64,000 nt of DNA, from NCBI GenBank assembly GCA_964016885.1, contig OZ024741.1, positions 227,416,001-227,480,000 of the forward strand. The letters are read 5' to 3'. Below, piece by piece: positions 13,100 through 25,000 of the stretch. A program made the position numbers and the translations under genes. The DNA comes from Eledone cirrhosa (Eukaryota). The notes under the pieces are model-generated. The model searched no databases. It saw only the letters and a list, made by a program, of their open reading frames with translations, and was not told the DNA's origin. Position 1 is the stretch's first letter. Each line of letters opens with the position of its first letter.

Positions 13100-13959
13100 T
13101 ACACGCGTACAGTTGTTATATTAAACAGTGGTGTAGGCTTCTACTAGATGTGTAGTGTGTTTAATCAGAATTTCATGTAGACTACTAAATTAAAAGGTCG
13201 CGAATTGGCAGGGACGTTAAACTGTCGGGTAGAATGCTTTGCGGTATTCGTTCGGAAGCACGCTACTGAGAACAGTTCATTCCAGTACCTTTGATTTCGT
13301 TATTATTTGCTCTAAATAAAAGAATAAAAGTAGTCCCATTGTCTATTTTTCGTAGCCAATTTCCCAAACTGGCGAAGTGTATGAGTTTCTAGTGAAGACG
13401 GGTTGTATACTGCTGAGTTACTAGACAGGTAGTGAGATTAGATTACCATTGACTACTATACTGTAGAATAGAGCGAGGAGAAAACCGTACATATGTTTGT
13501 GAATGACTATAACATCTTTTGGTTTTAAGAAATTAACCGTAAGTGAAGACGAAATGCTTATCTTCTTTACAATCCTTACTTTTCGATTCCATTTGTATAT
13601 AAATGTGTTCAAGGGCGAGGATTGATCTGAGAATATTCTACCCAATTAAAGGCCTCCGAACTATAAGAATGGCGATGCTCTCACAGTGGTTTTATAAAAA
13701 CTAAAGGCAGCCAAGGACCAGGTGGTAGTGTTAATTGGGTGGTGGATTACGTTTAAAGGCAACACCCAAGAACCAGTTGGTGGCCTTAATCTAGATGGAG
13801 AGTTACGTATCCGACTAAATGCATTCAATGTTCAGGCTGCAGATTTAAACCTGTATGTATGTTTTTGTCCTTATACACACATTAACTACATCCAAGGATC
13901 ACTTAGTGGCGTTAAGTTTGGTAGTGTCTTAGACCTACAGTGAATGAGCATTTGATATT

Positions 13960-14210
13960 CTTCACAAATATTTTAGAATATTTAGCTGTTTGTGCAGTAG
14001 CATCTAGCATACAGTTGCGCTGTACTCTCCGTCGGCATCGATGATGAGCAATCTGTTGTTCGACTAACGGAATTCTTAGTTGTGAAAGTAACGTGTAAGC
14101 TGCAGGGAATTCTACAGATGCGTTTGCTTTTAATGTAATTCTCAAACCGAATCAGCGTGATACAATGTAACAAGATAGGACCTTTAAATTACAGCTACAA
14201 GCTAAAAAAC
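13960..14210 (-). mobile_element. Old SINE 3' domain (related to 55990..56310)
   Basis: Diverged match to the gaaattaacgtacaagtggctgagcattccaca...gattcagtgtg block. Confidence 0.55.
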
Positions 14211-14283
14211 AAGAAACAGAGGGTGAGTGAGAAAGTGAAAGATAGATAGAATGAGAAGAACCGACAATACTTGGCTGAATTTA

Positions 14284-14820
14284 GTTACATTTTACGTTTT
14301 GATTTCAAATCCTGTTGAAGGCGACTTTGTCTTTTATCTTTCTGGGGTGGATGAAATAAAATACCAGTTAAGTACTGGAATCGATATAATCGATTTCCTC
14401 CTTCCCCATTTTGCTAGCTCCGTGCCAATTTTAGAAAGAATTATTAGTAATTTCCTCAGTTAGTTTAGCAAACGGATGGTTATTTAATTGTTAAATCTCT
14501 TTCGTCATACATTTTGTAGGTAAGAGAAAATCAAAACGGATAGGAGACACAGAGCGGAAAAACTATCCATTCTGAAGGTCACATAGATATAAATAAATAT
14601 TCTTAGCACAAGCTAAGAAACAGGGGCTGAGTGAGAAGGTGAAAGATAGGTATAATGAAAAGAATCGACCACACTAATGGACTGATATTTCATTTATCAA
14701 ACCCGAAATCGTGACAGACAAACCTGACCGCGGCGGAGTTTGAACTTAGAACACAGACGCCGAAACAAATACAATAAAGCATTTTATTCAACGTTCAAAA
14801 GAGACTGCTAATTTGCTGCC
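14284..14820. mobile_element. Two diverged S1-like SINEs in opposite orientation
   Basis: tcaaatcctgttgaaggcgactttgtcttttatc (+, about 14305) and ccgcggcggagtttgaactta (-, about 14730). Confidence 0.55.
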
Positions 14821-15472
14821 TTTAAATTTACTCCAATTACGCTAATGTGAGTTACAGTTGTGAGTGACATGAATTGCTAAAACCGAAGTATTTTTCTAAC
14901 TTGAACGAATAAGACTATGAAGAGCAAGACAATTATTTGTGCTGCAATTTTTGGCAGTACTGTAGATAGATTAGTTCCAGTATAGATAAACAGAATACCA
15001 ACCTGGCAATAGATGCGTTATTGAATTTCGGCCTGTAGACACTGCTCAGAATGAATGAGAAATACAAACCATGCATACTACGAGTACTTCGTCTAGTTGG
15101 TTAAAATCTTACCGTTACACCTAACTTTGATTCGGCTATCAGTTACTGAAATATTCGTAACTCGATAGATTCTAGAATTAATAGAAGAAATATATACTTT
15201 CTTACTTTCAGACCTAATATTATTACCACATATAGCTATAATTTATTGACTTTAACACTTTCGCATTTAGGATTACCTACAAACATATACACAAACTCAA
15301 TCACACGCACACACATACATGTGTGTGTGTAATGTAAGTTTAGGTATTTTGTAGCAAGGAACACTAGCAACAACGGATTAGCCATAGTTCAGTGTACATC
15401 TCTTAGGTTATGGGCTGACACTTGTAGAAAAAAGCTATAGAATATATATATGTGTATAGATGTATATATATA

Positions 15473-15504
<32 letters not shown>

Positions 15505-15940
15505 CTAAGGCGGGTAAAATTCCCGAGATCCATGGACGAGTTCTCTCCAGCGGTCTATGTCCCTCATTATCGCTGCCATGTCCTGCGTCTCCAACAGACC
15601 AGTGTCTGTCCTTAGGGCATCAACATACGTTAACCTTGGTCTTCCCCTTCTAGTGTGTCCATGTAGGGGCTCCCAAAGGAGCACTGAGTGCAATGTCAAC
15701 TCTGGATGTCGGTGAGCATGTCCAGCTAACCTCAGTCTCCTCTATGTCACTTTCATTGCTGTAGTGGAGTCTGTGCTGCTGTATGGGTATGAGACTTGGA
15801 CACTGACCAAGAAACTCACTCAGATGGTGGATGGGTGCTACACGAGAATGCTGAGGATGGCTCTGGACATTAATCAGTATACACTGAGGATGAAAAACTC
15901 AGAGCTGTATGGGAGCATCCCAAAAGTCAGCTCAAAAGTG

Positions 15941-15941
<1 letters not shown>
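15505..15941. mobile_element. RTE-clade LINE insertion with 5' inversion, both ends in (TA)n
   Basis: 15752..15941 (+) encodes ESVLLYGYETW..IPKVSSKV. 15505..15753 (-) continues with RLRLAGHAHRH..GRPRLTY to the stop and tail. Confidence 0.85.
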
Positions 15942-15972
<31 letters not shown>

Positions 15973-15998
15973 ATAGATGTGTATATATATATATATAT

Positions 15999-16304
15999 AA
16001 TATTAAACAAATAATGAATAAAACAATGAAACAGTTCCTTATATTAAACAAAAAAAGTTCACTATTTAACGATCGTTTCTAGGATATAGAAACGATCGTT
16101 AAATAGTGAACTTTTTTTGTTTAATATAAGGAACTGTTTCATTGTTTTATTCATTATTTGTTTAATATTTTATCTTGACTCTGTATACCGTTTATCTTTC
16201 ACCGAAAGTGATTTTTCATTACATCTCTTCTTTCCATGATATCCGGAATACATTGAGTTCTTCATACGGATTGGACACTACCGTAAACTCTTGGTAGATT
16301 TATC

Positions 16305-16310
<6 letters not shown>
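15999..16310. repeat. (TA)n-flanked foldback element, 82-bp arms with a 7-nt loop, centred on an HHR 3' half
   Basis: 15999..16080 is the reverse complement of 16088..16169. The right arm begins aGAAAcgatcgTT. Confidence 0.85.
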
Positions 16311-16356
<46 letters not shown>

Positions 16357-16361
<5 letters not shown>

Positions 16362-16555
16362 AATGACAGATTAAAGTTTAATCAAAGAATCGGTGCTTTC
16401 ACCCTTAACGGGATCTTCTGAAGATCCCGTTAAGAGTGAAAGCAGCGATTCTTTGCTTAAACTTTAATCTGTTATTTTAATAAATATTTGCTCTACGGTT
16501 CTTATATATTTGATTATATTTATCCTTATCGAGCCCTCTTTGGATTTTAGTCTTC
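16357..16555. repeat. (TA)n-flanked foldback element centred on an HHR-like core; related copy near 62885..62945
   Basis: Arms about 16357..16418 and 16420..16482. The centre reads CTGAAGAtcccgttaagagtGAAA. Confidence 0.8.
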
Positions 16556-16584
16556 AAATTTATTATTATTACTATATATATATA

Positions 16585-16707
<123 letters not shown>

Positions 16708-17097
16708 TAGCGAGAATCGTATTTCGGCTTTGGAATTACCGAAAAACAACTTCCGAGATGTGTGGCAAGCGCTCAATAATTCTGACGAACCAGAGCTACA
16801 ACATACGTTAAAGGCCAAACACACTGAGACGATGGTTAAACCGCCATCCGCACAGCCATAGAAACGACCAAGTAATTCGGGTCAAACAAATAAAAAAATA
16901 TGTGATTGAAAAATTTACCCGGACCCCTGGATGGTTGGTAAAATCCAGCATTTGGGTTTCTGCGACTCCTAAATCAAGTACTGTCCGCTTAGACAAACAA
17001 TGTTAGGCTTCTGGTAAGGTCATTGAACAAGGAAGTCACTTTCTCAACGGGTTTTAGTTCAAGTGCCAGGCAAGGAATGACCGTTACCGATACTCAC

Positions 17098-17208
<111 letters not shown>

Positions 17209-17227
17209 TATATACAATAAAAAGAAA

Positions 17228-17858
17228 TATTTATGTCTAATGTTTCTTCTTTCTTTATAATGTATTATATAGCTCTGATATTGAGTCAATCTAATTCATT
17301 CAGATTATTTTGTGTGGTGCCAACCTTAACCGTTGTTGTTCTTTGAGCAACAACGGTTAAGGTTGGCACCACACAAATTCAGGGATATATGTGTGTATAT
17401 GCATGTATATGTATGTATTCGCATGTATCTGTGTATTTCTTTTTATTGTCTATAACTCCCTACTGTAGAGTAACCACTGAAGTATCACTATTTACGCTTC
17501 TAGCCCTCCTTAGTCACCTCGTCGGTAGCCTAGATATTAATGCCACCTCCGCCATTTGTGGTATTTTTCTCTTGGTTGTAATGGCTTAACTCTGTTTCTT
17601 GACCGCTGTATCACGTGATAAGTTTCCCCTCCGCCTTTCCGGGATTCTCTCTCACGCCTTGCGGACGTGTTTTGAAATTTTAAATGAGGTATTCCATTGA
17701 TAAGTTGGCAAACCTCACAAAAATACTGCATCTCTATGATGTAATGTTTTTGCAAAGTAGCCACGAAACTGCGTAGTCGAGGATATAGAGGAATATTGGG
17801 TGTTTATATATTTTTTATTTATGTCTAATGTTTCTTCTTTATTTATAATGTATTATAT
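17228..17858 (+). mobile_element. Diverged sister copy (about 1.05 units of about 590 bp) of the 595-bp retrozyme-like family
   Basis: Collinear similarity to the reverse complement of the 28666..30173 unit. Terminal redundancy tttatgtctaatgtttcttct at about 17230 and 17818. HHR variant at 17691..17783. Confidence 0.75.
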
Positions 17859-17859
17859 A

Positions 17860-19060
17860 TATAAGTATGTATACGTACATACATATATGTATACAGACGT
17901 ACAGTAGTATGTATATATATATACATACATGCACACATATATATGTACGTATGGATTCACCGAACATTTATCGTCAGCAACGTATACCTTCCTGCCAGAT
18001 GATTGAACGTCTAAAAGTATATACTTTCCTTATGCATATTAACGGCTGAGCAGCCTAATTTGCATATCGAGTGAATTAATCGGCCGGGCGCACCGCAAAC
18101 GATAAACGGAAAAAATAAAACGAAATTTCATTTCTCACTCTTAGTACGGCTGTTACTTAAATATAAGTATGTATACGTACATACATATATGTATACAGAC
18201 GTACAGTAGTATGTATATATATATACATACATGCACACATATATATATGTACGTATGGATTCACCGAACATTTATTATAATGCTCGGTGTGTTTGTAAAC
18301 AAACATCCCGAATTAAGCCGCACAGTGTCTAGCAACCATCGTTGCTCATTTGTTCAACACTGACAAAGGAACGCTGAGTGTTGAACAAATGAGCACCGAT
18401 GGTTGCTAGACACTACGGCTTAATTCGGGGTGTTTGTTTATAAACACACCGAGCATTATAATAAATGTTCGGTGAATCCATACGTACATAGATATATGTG
18501 TGCATGTATGTATATATATATACATACTACTGTACGTCTGTATACATATATATGTACGTATACATACTTATATTTAAGTAACAGCCGTACTAAGAGTGAG
18601 AAATAAAATTTCGTTTCATTTTTTCCGTTTATCGTTTTCGGTGCGCCCGACCGATTAACCCACTCGATATGCAAATTGGGCTACTCAGCCGTTAATATGC
18701 ATAAGGAAAGTATATACTTTCAGACGTTCAATCATCTGGCAGGAAGGTATACGTTGCTGACGATAGCTAATAAGCTTGAAACTAGTACAGCGTTCCTTTG
18801 TCAGTGTTGAACAAATGAGCAACGATGGTTGCTAGACACTGTACGGCTTAATTCGGGATGTTTGTTTACAAACACACCGAGCATTATAATAAATGTTCGG
18901 TGAATCCATACGTACATATATATATGTGTGCATGTATGTATATATATATAAATACTACTGTACGTTTGTATACATATATTTATGTACGTATACATACTTA
19001 TATTTAAGTAACAGCCGTACTAAGAGTGGGAAATGAAATGTCGTTTCATTTTTTCCGTTT
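17860..19060. mobile_element. Head-to-head concatemer of a 426-bp HHR-containing retrozyme-like unit
   Basis: The right arm 18377..19060 repeats with period 426 (18377, 18803). The left arm 17860..18376 is its reverse complement with an internal deletion. TA-rich flanks. Confidence 0.88.
18751..18793 (+). ncRNA. Type I hammerhead ribozyme (predicted cleavage after 18787)
   Basis: ACGTTG-CTGACGA-t-AGCT aata AGCT-t-GAAA-CTAG-TA-CAGCGT. Stem I extends through agga/tcct. Confidence 0.9.
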
Positions 19061-19158
19061 ATATATATATATGTATATTTGGAATGGAAGGCTATATATA
19101 TTCATAGATGGAAGGATATATAGCGATGACAGACGTACATATATGACAAACATTATAT

Positions 19159-19352
19159 GGGCGGTGGATAGGCAATATCAGTAAAGGATCGGACGCCATG
19201 CTTTGCAGCATAGAGTCAGGCCCATTTACGGTCTGTGTTCAAATACTGCCATGGTTAACTTTGCCTTTCATTCTTACGGAGTCGATAAAATAAAGCACCA
19301 GTAATGCATTGGGGTAATTGCTGGCCTTGTGCCAAACATAGAAACAATTATT
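19159..19352 (+). mobile_element. SINE S1 copy
   Basis: ggcggtggataggcaatatcag head, gttcaaat B-box, S1 body and ATT tail. Confidence 0.8.
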
Positions 19353-19784
19353 ATATGGTTCATTGTGGTTTAATACTGAGTTGTCTTTTGTCTTTCTGTA
19401 GAGTAAGTAGTATTTCAATTTCTGTTAGTATAGTATATTGTAATCTAGGCTCACCATATCAGAATTAGTAAGAAGTTCGCTATGCCATCATATGGTTCCT
19501 GGTTCGATCAAAGCCTTGCGTGTGAAATTGTATATACTGAAACTGTTTGGAAGCCCATCGCATAGGCAGTACCTACATGTCAAAGAGTCAGTCTTGTCAT
19601 ATAGTGTGTCACACTGAATTTCGTTGAGAATTACATTAATGTACGGATGTCTGTAGATTGCTCAACAACTTGTATGTTAATTTCACGAGCAGGCTGTTCC
19701 ATTGGCAAAAAACAAAACAAAACAAAATAAAAAAAAAACGGGAACATTCATCGTTGAAACTGACGAGGCCCATTCCATTTCAAT

Positions 19785-21200
19785 AATGTAATGTAGTGTA
19801 GTGAAATAGTTTATCTATTGTAGCGTGTTATAGTGTAATGTGGCATAATGTAGTATAGTATCTATCTAAACTATAATAAAGGAAGGTCTGCGGGACTGCG
19901 TAGGGTTTATGTTTTTTTTTATCCCGTTAGTAAAATAAGTTGGATTACTTTGAATACATAATGAATGAATATTACATAATTTATCTACTAAATTTCGTAA
20001 ACAAAAATAATTTCGTAAAAATAAATAATTTAAAATTGACTTCTTTTCAAAGTTGCGCTTCCGGTATATCGTTGCCACCACCACCACCACCACGACCACT
20101 TCAACTACCATATATATACAAAGAGAGAGTGTGTGATGTCAACACTTCCGGTGGCGATCACTTAAATAAACATGCTAATTTTGTGTCACTAATTTTCTCC
20201 TAATGCAGTTTATATATAATATCGTCTTTTTTAAATTTATCATGGATTACGTTACTGATTACATAAGACAGTGTAACAACGTGTTCGTTCAATTTCTGTT
20301 TATATTGATGTATCATATCTACATGTATATATACTTGCGTATAATATCAATACAGACACTACACAAGCTAGCAGAAGACCACCCGAAGGGTGGTTTTTCT
20401 GCTAGTTGTAGTAATGTAGACTAATGTGATGTAGAGTAGTGTAGTGTACTGTAGTGTTGTGTAGTGTAGTGATTTCTATATTGTATTGTAATGTAATGTA
20501 GTTTAGTGGAGTAGTTTATTGTAGCGTGTTATAGTGTAATGTGGCGTAATGTAATGTAATGTAGTGTAGCGTAGCGTAGTGTAGTGTAGTGTAATGTAGT
20601 GTTGTGTAGTGTAGTGATTTCTATATTGTATTGTAATATAATGTAGTTTAGTGGAGTAGTTTATTGTAGCGTGTTATAGTGTAATGTGGCGTAATGTAAT
20701 GTAATGTAATGTAGTGTAGTGTAGCGTAGTGTAGTGTAGTGTAATGTAGTGTAGTGGTTTCTATATTGTATTGTATTGTAATGTAATGTAGTTTAGTGGA
20801 GTAGTTTATTGTAGCGTGTTATAGTGTAATGTGGCGTAATGTAATGTAATGTAATGTAGTGTAGTGTAGCGTAGTGTAGTGTAGTGTAATGTAGTGTAGT
20901 GGTTTCTATATTGTATTGTATTGTAATGTAATGTAGTTTAGTGGAGTAGTTTATTGTAACGTGTTATAGTGTAATGTGGCGTAATGTAGTATACTATCTA
21001 TTGTGGTAATGTAGAGTAATGTAGTGTAGTGTTGTGTAGTGTAGTGATTTATATATTACATTGTATTGTAATGTAATGTAGTTTAGTGGAGTAGTTTATC
21101 TATTGTAGCGTGTTATAGTGTAATGTGGCGTAATGTAGTATAGTATCCATTGTAGTAATGTAAACTAACGTAATGTAGAGTCTAACGTACTATATTATAA
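19785..21200. repeat. (GTAGT/GTAAT)n pentamer satellite with a higher-order unit of about 125 bp
   Basis: The block gtttagtggagtagtttattgtagcgtgttatagtgtaatgtggcg recurs about six times. Confidence 0.9.
19865..20405 (+). mobile_element. Non-autonomous Helitron inserted in the pentamer satellite
   Basis: Starts TC and ends with hairpin gaccacccgaagggtggtt plus CTAG. Removing it restores tagtatcta|ttgtagtaatg (A|T, no TSD), matching the unit at about 21141. Confidence 0.78.
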
Positions 21201-21677
21201 TGTGTAGAGTTTTTCAATGTTTTCTATCCGTCATCTATTTTTCCTGTGCCACAGAAACTATTTCTCTTATTGATTTTTCCTGTTTTACTATTTCCAAGGT
21301 GCAGCACCAACATACGGTACACCATTTCAGTTAGTAGTAACTATAGACTTCAGACGATTTCACAATTTACAAATCGATCGATAAAAAGTCTAAGACTTAA
21401 GACTCCTACATTTGCCATCATTCCACTTCTTACTCTTCTTCTTTTTCTTTCCCCTCTTCTATTTCTTCTTCATTTATTATCATCAGTTTATTTTCATTTT
21501 TTAAAGAAGAAAGTCTTCTTTTTTTCGGGCGTTTGTTGAATTTTTTAAAATATTCATTTGTTTTTCTGTTTGCTTTTGTCTTGGTTATATTTTTTTGCGT
21601 GTATGCTTCTTTTCTCTTTTGCTGCAGTTGAGGTTTTTATGGTCTACTTTTATAATAAATATGTTGTATGTTTGTCT

Positions 21678-21866
21678 GATTGTTGTTGTTGTTGCTGCTG
21701 CTCTTCTTCTTCTTCTTCTCCTTCCTCCCCCTCCCCTTCTTCTCCCGCCTCCTCCTCCTCCTCCTCCTCCTCCTCCTCCTCCTCCTCCTCCTCCTCCTCC
21801 TCCTCCTCCCCTCTTCTTCTTCTTCTTCTTCTTCTTCTTCTTCTTCTTCTTCTTCTTCTTCTTCTT

Positions 21867-21938
<72 letters not shown>
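21678..21938. repeat. Compound trinucleotide microsatellite (TTG/CTG/CTT/CCT/TTA)
   Basis: Direct inspection. Confidence 0.95.
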
Positions 21939-21942
<4 letters not shown>

Positions 21943-22030
21943 TTGCCTTTCATCCTTACGGGGTCGATAAAATAAAGTACCAGTAATACACTGGGAAATT
22001 GCTGGCCTTGTGCCAAAAGTAGAAACAATT
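21938..22030 (+). mobile_element. SINE S1 3' part
   Basis: Matches the S1 body; followed by (ATT)n. Confidence 0.85.
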
Positions 22031-22061
<31 letters not shown>

Positions 22062-22084
22062 TGATTATTATTATTATTATTATT

Positions 22085-25000
22085 GAATGCTATGGTTGAC
22101 AGAGGCTCAGCTCTGTAAGGTATTGTAAATTTTGACCGCTATAACAATTGTAAATTGTTTAAAACCCCCCTCCTCCACGTGAGAGGGGTCTTTTTGTCCG
22201 TTATTTGGCCCTTCGGGGTTAAATAACCGCTTATTGGGGTTTTGTGCCCAATATTTACTTTAAACAAAAAAAACATGGCTACGAAAAAGAATTTTCATAG
22301 GTCACTCCCACTCATTCCGTCTTCTTCCTCAATCGTCACTACAGCAGAGAGAAGATTGTCTCTCTCCCTCCCTTCTCTAAATGAGTCTCTCTCCCTCCCT
22401 TCTCTTTCGCAAGCGACGCCAGTAAAGAAAAATCACGTACAAAGCGTGCAACATTTCTCCACGACGACGACGACAACGACGAAAAAGGTGTGCGGGAAAT
22501 ACGAAAACCCATTTCATTCGTCTGACGTCATGAATAATAGCAGTAGCAGCCGTAATAACAGCAGCAGCAGCAGTAACAGTGACAAGGAAAACAACAGTAG
22601 CAGCCGCAACAGCATCAGCAGCTGCATAAACAACAACAGTATTAGCAGCAACAGCAACAACAACAGCAGCAGCAGAAACAACAACAACAACCACAGCAAC
22701 AGCGGCGGCGGCAGTAGTCGTAGTACCTGCAGCAACAACAAAAGTAACAGCAGCTCTGACGAAAACAACAACAACAACAACAGCAGCAAAGAAAAACCAA
22801 TCTCGTTTGCCGGTATCGCAAAGAACCTGGAAACCATCCTCATAACAAATGAGGTATTACAGGAAGCGAAGAAGATGGTGACGAAAACCGGACCACCGAG
22901 CAATCTGCAAGGCAGCCGAAACATTTTTCGAAACCCAACAGCACTGTACGGTCACGTACCGTACAGTAAGCACAAAATCCCGTAGGGTTGAAAGAGCCAC
23001 AGAGGCTCAAATACAAAAAGCCTTAGGATCTGTGTGGCAGCGGAAAACGCATATCACCCGAGGCAAGAAATATGCCACCGTAGACGTGCTTTTTGCCACA
23101 CCCCAGGAGGCAAAGGCTCAATCCTTAGTGACCCTAAGGAGCGAGGAAATGGTGTTGGTGCCCTCCTACTGCGGGCAAAAAATTGTGAGGGTCAAACTGA
23201 CCCACGCCCCCCCCCCGGGATGGCCCCTTCTTGGCTGGCCGCGTCTGTCCTCGTCGGAATCGAGGACAAAACAACTGTACTGCAAGTACAGAAAAAAGTA
23301 AGAGAAGATTGGGTCGGCACCTCCATTGAGATGTTAATCCAAACCAACCAGGAGTGCATCGAAGCTATCCCGGATGTGATAGACTTCGATAACGGCACTC
23401 AACTGCCCATAAGTGTTGAGGGAAAACGCCCGAAATGCTTTCGCTGTGGATCGAAGACTCACCTCAGGGCCTTCTGCAACGAGAAGACCCTGAGAAAGGA
23501 GAAAACCCCCCCTCCTTCCGAAACCGGCTCCACGGCTACCAGCAACAGGACAAGCGGCAACCAGGAACTATAGGTCCGTGGCACCCATACCCACGCCACG
23601 GAAATCAAGAACAGCAGCAGCAGTGGAAGTATTAACAACAACAACAGTAATACCAAATGCAGCTGCAACAGAGACTCCACTGCAAACATCACCAACAACA
23701 AGAAGTGAAAGAGTGGAGCTGGTACCCCTCTCCGACCTCACAGAATCAGACATGGAGCGTGAGGTGGGAGAGGGATGGCAAAAGGTCGCAAGAAGGCACA
23801 AACGCAGAAGCAGCGCATCGTCGCCTTCGAAAAGGGAGGAAAGAAATGAAAAAAGGGTAAAGGCTACTGCAAAGAGACTCACAGCAGCAACACCACCAAC
23901 ATCATCACCACCCACACTAGCACCACCATCACCACCGGCGACAACCCCACCGCCAACAACAACAACACATTCAACGCCACCACCACAAGCACCAACATCG
24001 CAAACGCAACAAAACACACACACCCAGCAACAACGACAATAAAATAACAGAACCACACCCCACCCCCAGAAAAACAAATGCACGGCAATAAATACACACA
24101 ACAAGAAACTAATGACTTACATAATTGAACACACAGACATTTCACAGCACGACTACATAATACCAGCACCAATCAAAACGCCAACGAACATAAGACTGCT
24201 AAAAATAGCACAGAAGCAATACACAAACATTAAAACGAAATTCCCCAACGCAGTTGGTGATTTCAGAGACCTAGGAGGGACTCTCAACCGGAGAGTATAT
24301 TCGGACATACTCATAGAAGAGCCGATGACCAGCCGAAGGGACGATTCAACGGTCCCTTCACCAGACGTTCAAGTGAAAAGGGATGGAGAAACCATCCTTC
24401 CTTTACGAAAAGTACGGTAAGTGGTCTTTCCCATCTTTTCCACTCTATTTTAAACATGACCTCACTGAGAATAGGCAGCATAAATGCGCGTGGCTTGGGG
24501 TCGTCATGGAAGCAGGGCAACCTGCTCAACGACCTCAGGTCACTAAACATAGATGTAGTGGCCATCAGCGAGACCAGAATCTCCGAAGCACGGGCCTTCG
24601 CACCGATCTTCGGCGGCTACGATGTGTACGCATCTCCTAGACGTCCGGGATCGGGGGGAGGAGTTGCTGTGCTTTTTCGGAGAGGTTTGGATTTCGCCAT
24701 ACGGGCCATCTTCCTGGACCCAGAAGGTAAGTTGGTGGTGCTAGACGTATACAGCGGAGACGGGCAAGCTTTCAGGCTAGTGGCCGTCTATACCCCGACA
24801 GGAGCAGGGCGGCCTGATTTCTTCCGGCGTCTGGAGACCTTTCTTGGAACGTCCCGCTCTTTAGTGTTAGTGGGCGACTGGAACGGGATCTTAGATGCAC
24901 GCTGGGACTGTGTGGGACTAGTGGATAGGGGAGGAGGATGCAAGAGCCTCACCAACCTGCTCAGGCGTTTTGAACTGTCTGACAGGTACGGATTGGATTT

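Noticed and set aside
13447-13460. 14-nt micro-exon candidate after a strong minus-strand acceptor
   Set aside because: Phase is incompatible with the 15113 candidate and the donor is weak; cannot be supported.
18700-18745. Second HHR on the opposite strand of the 426-bp unit (CAGATGA..GAAAgtatatacTT)
   Set aside because: No stem I or stem II pairing; only a palindrome.
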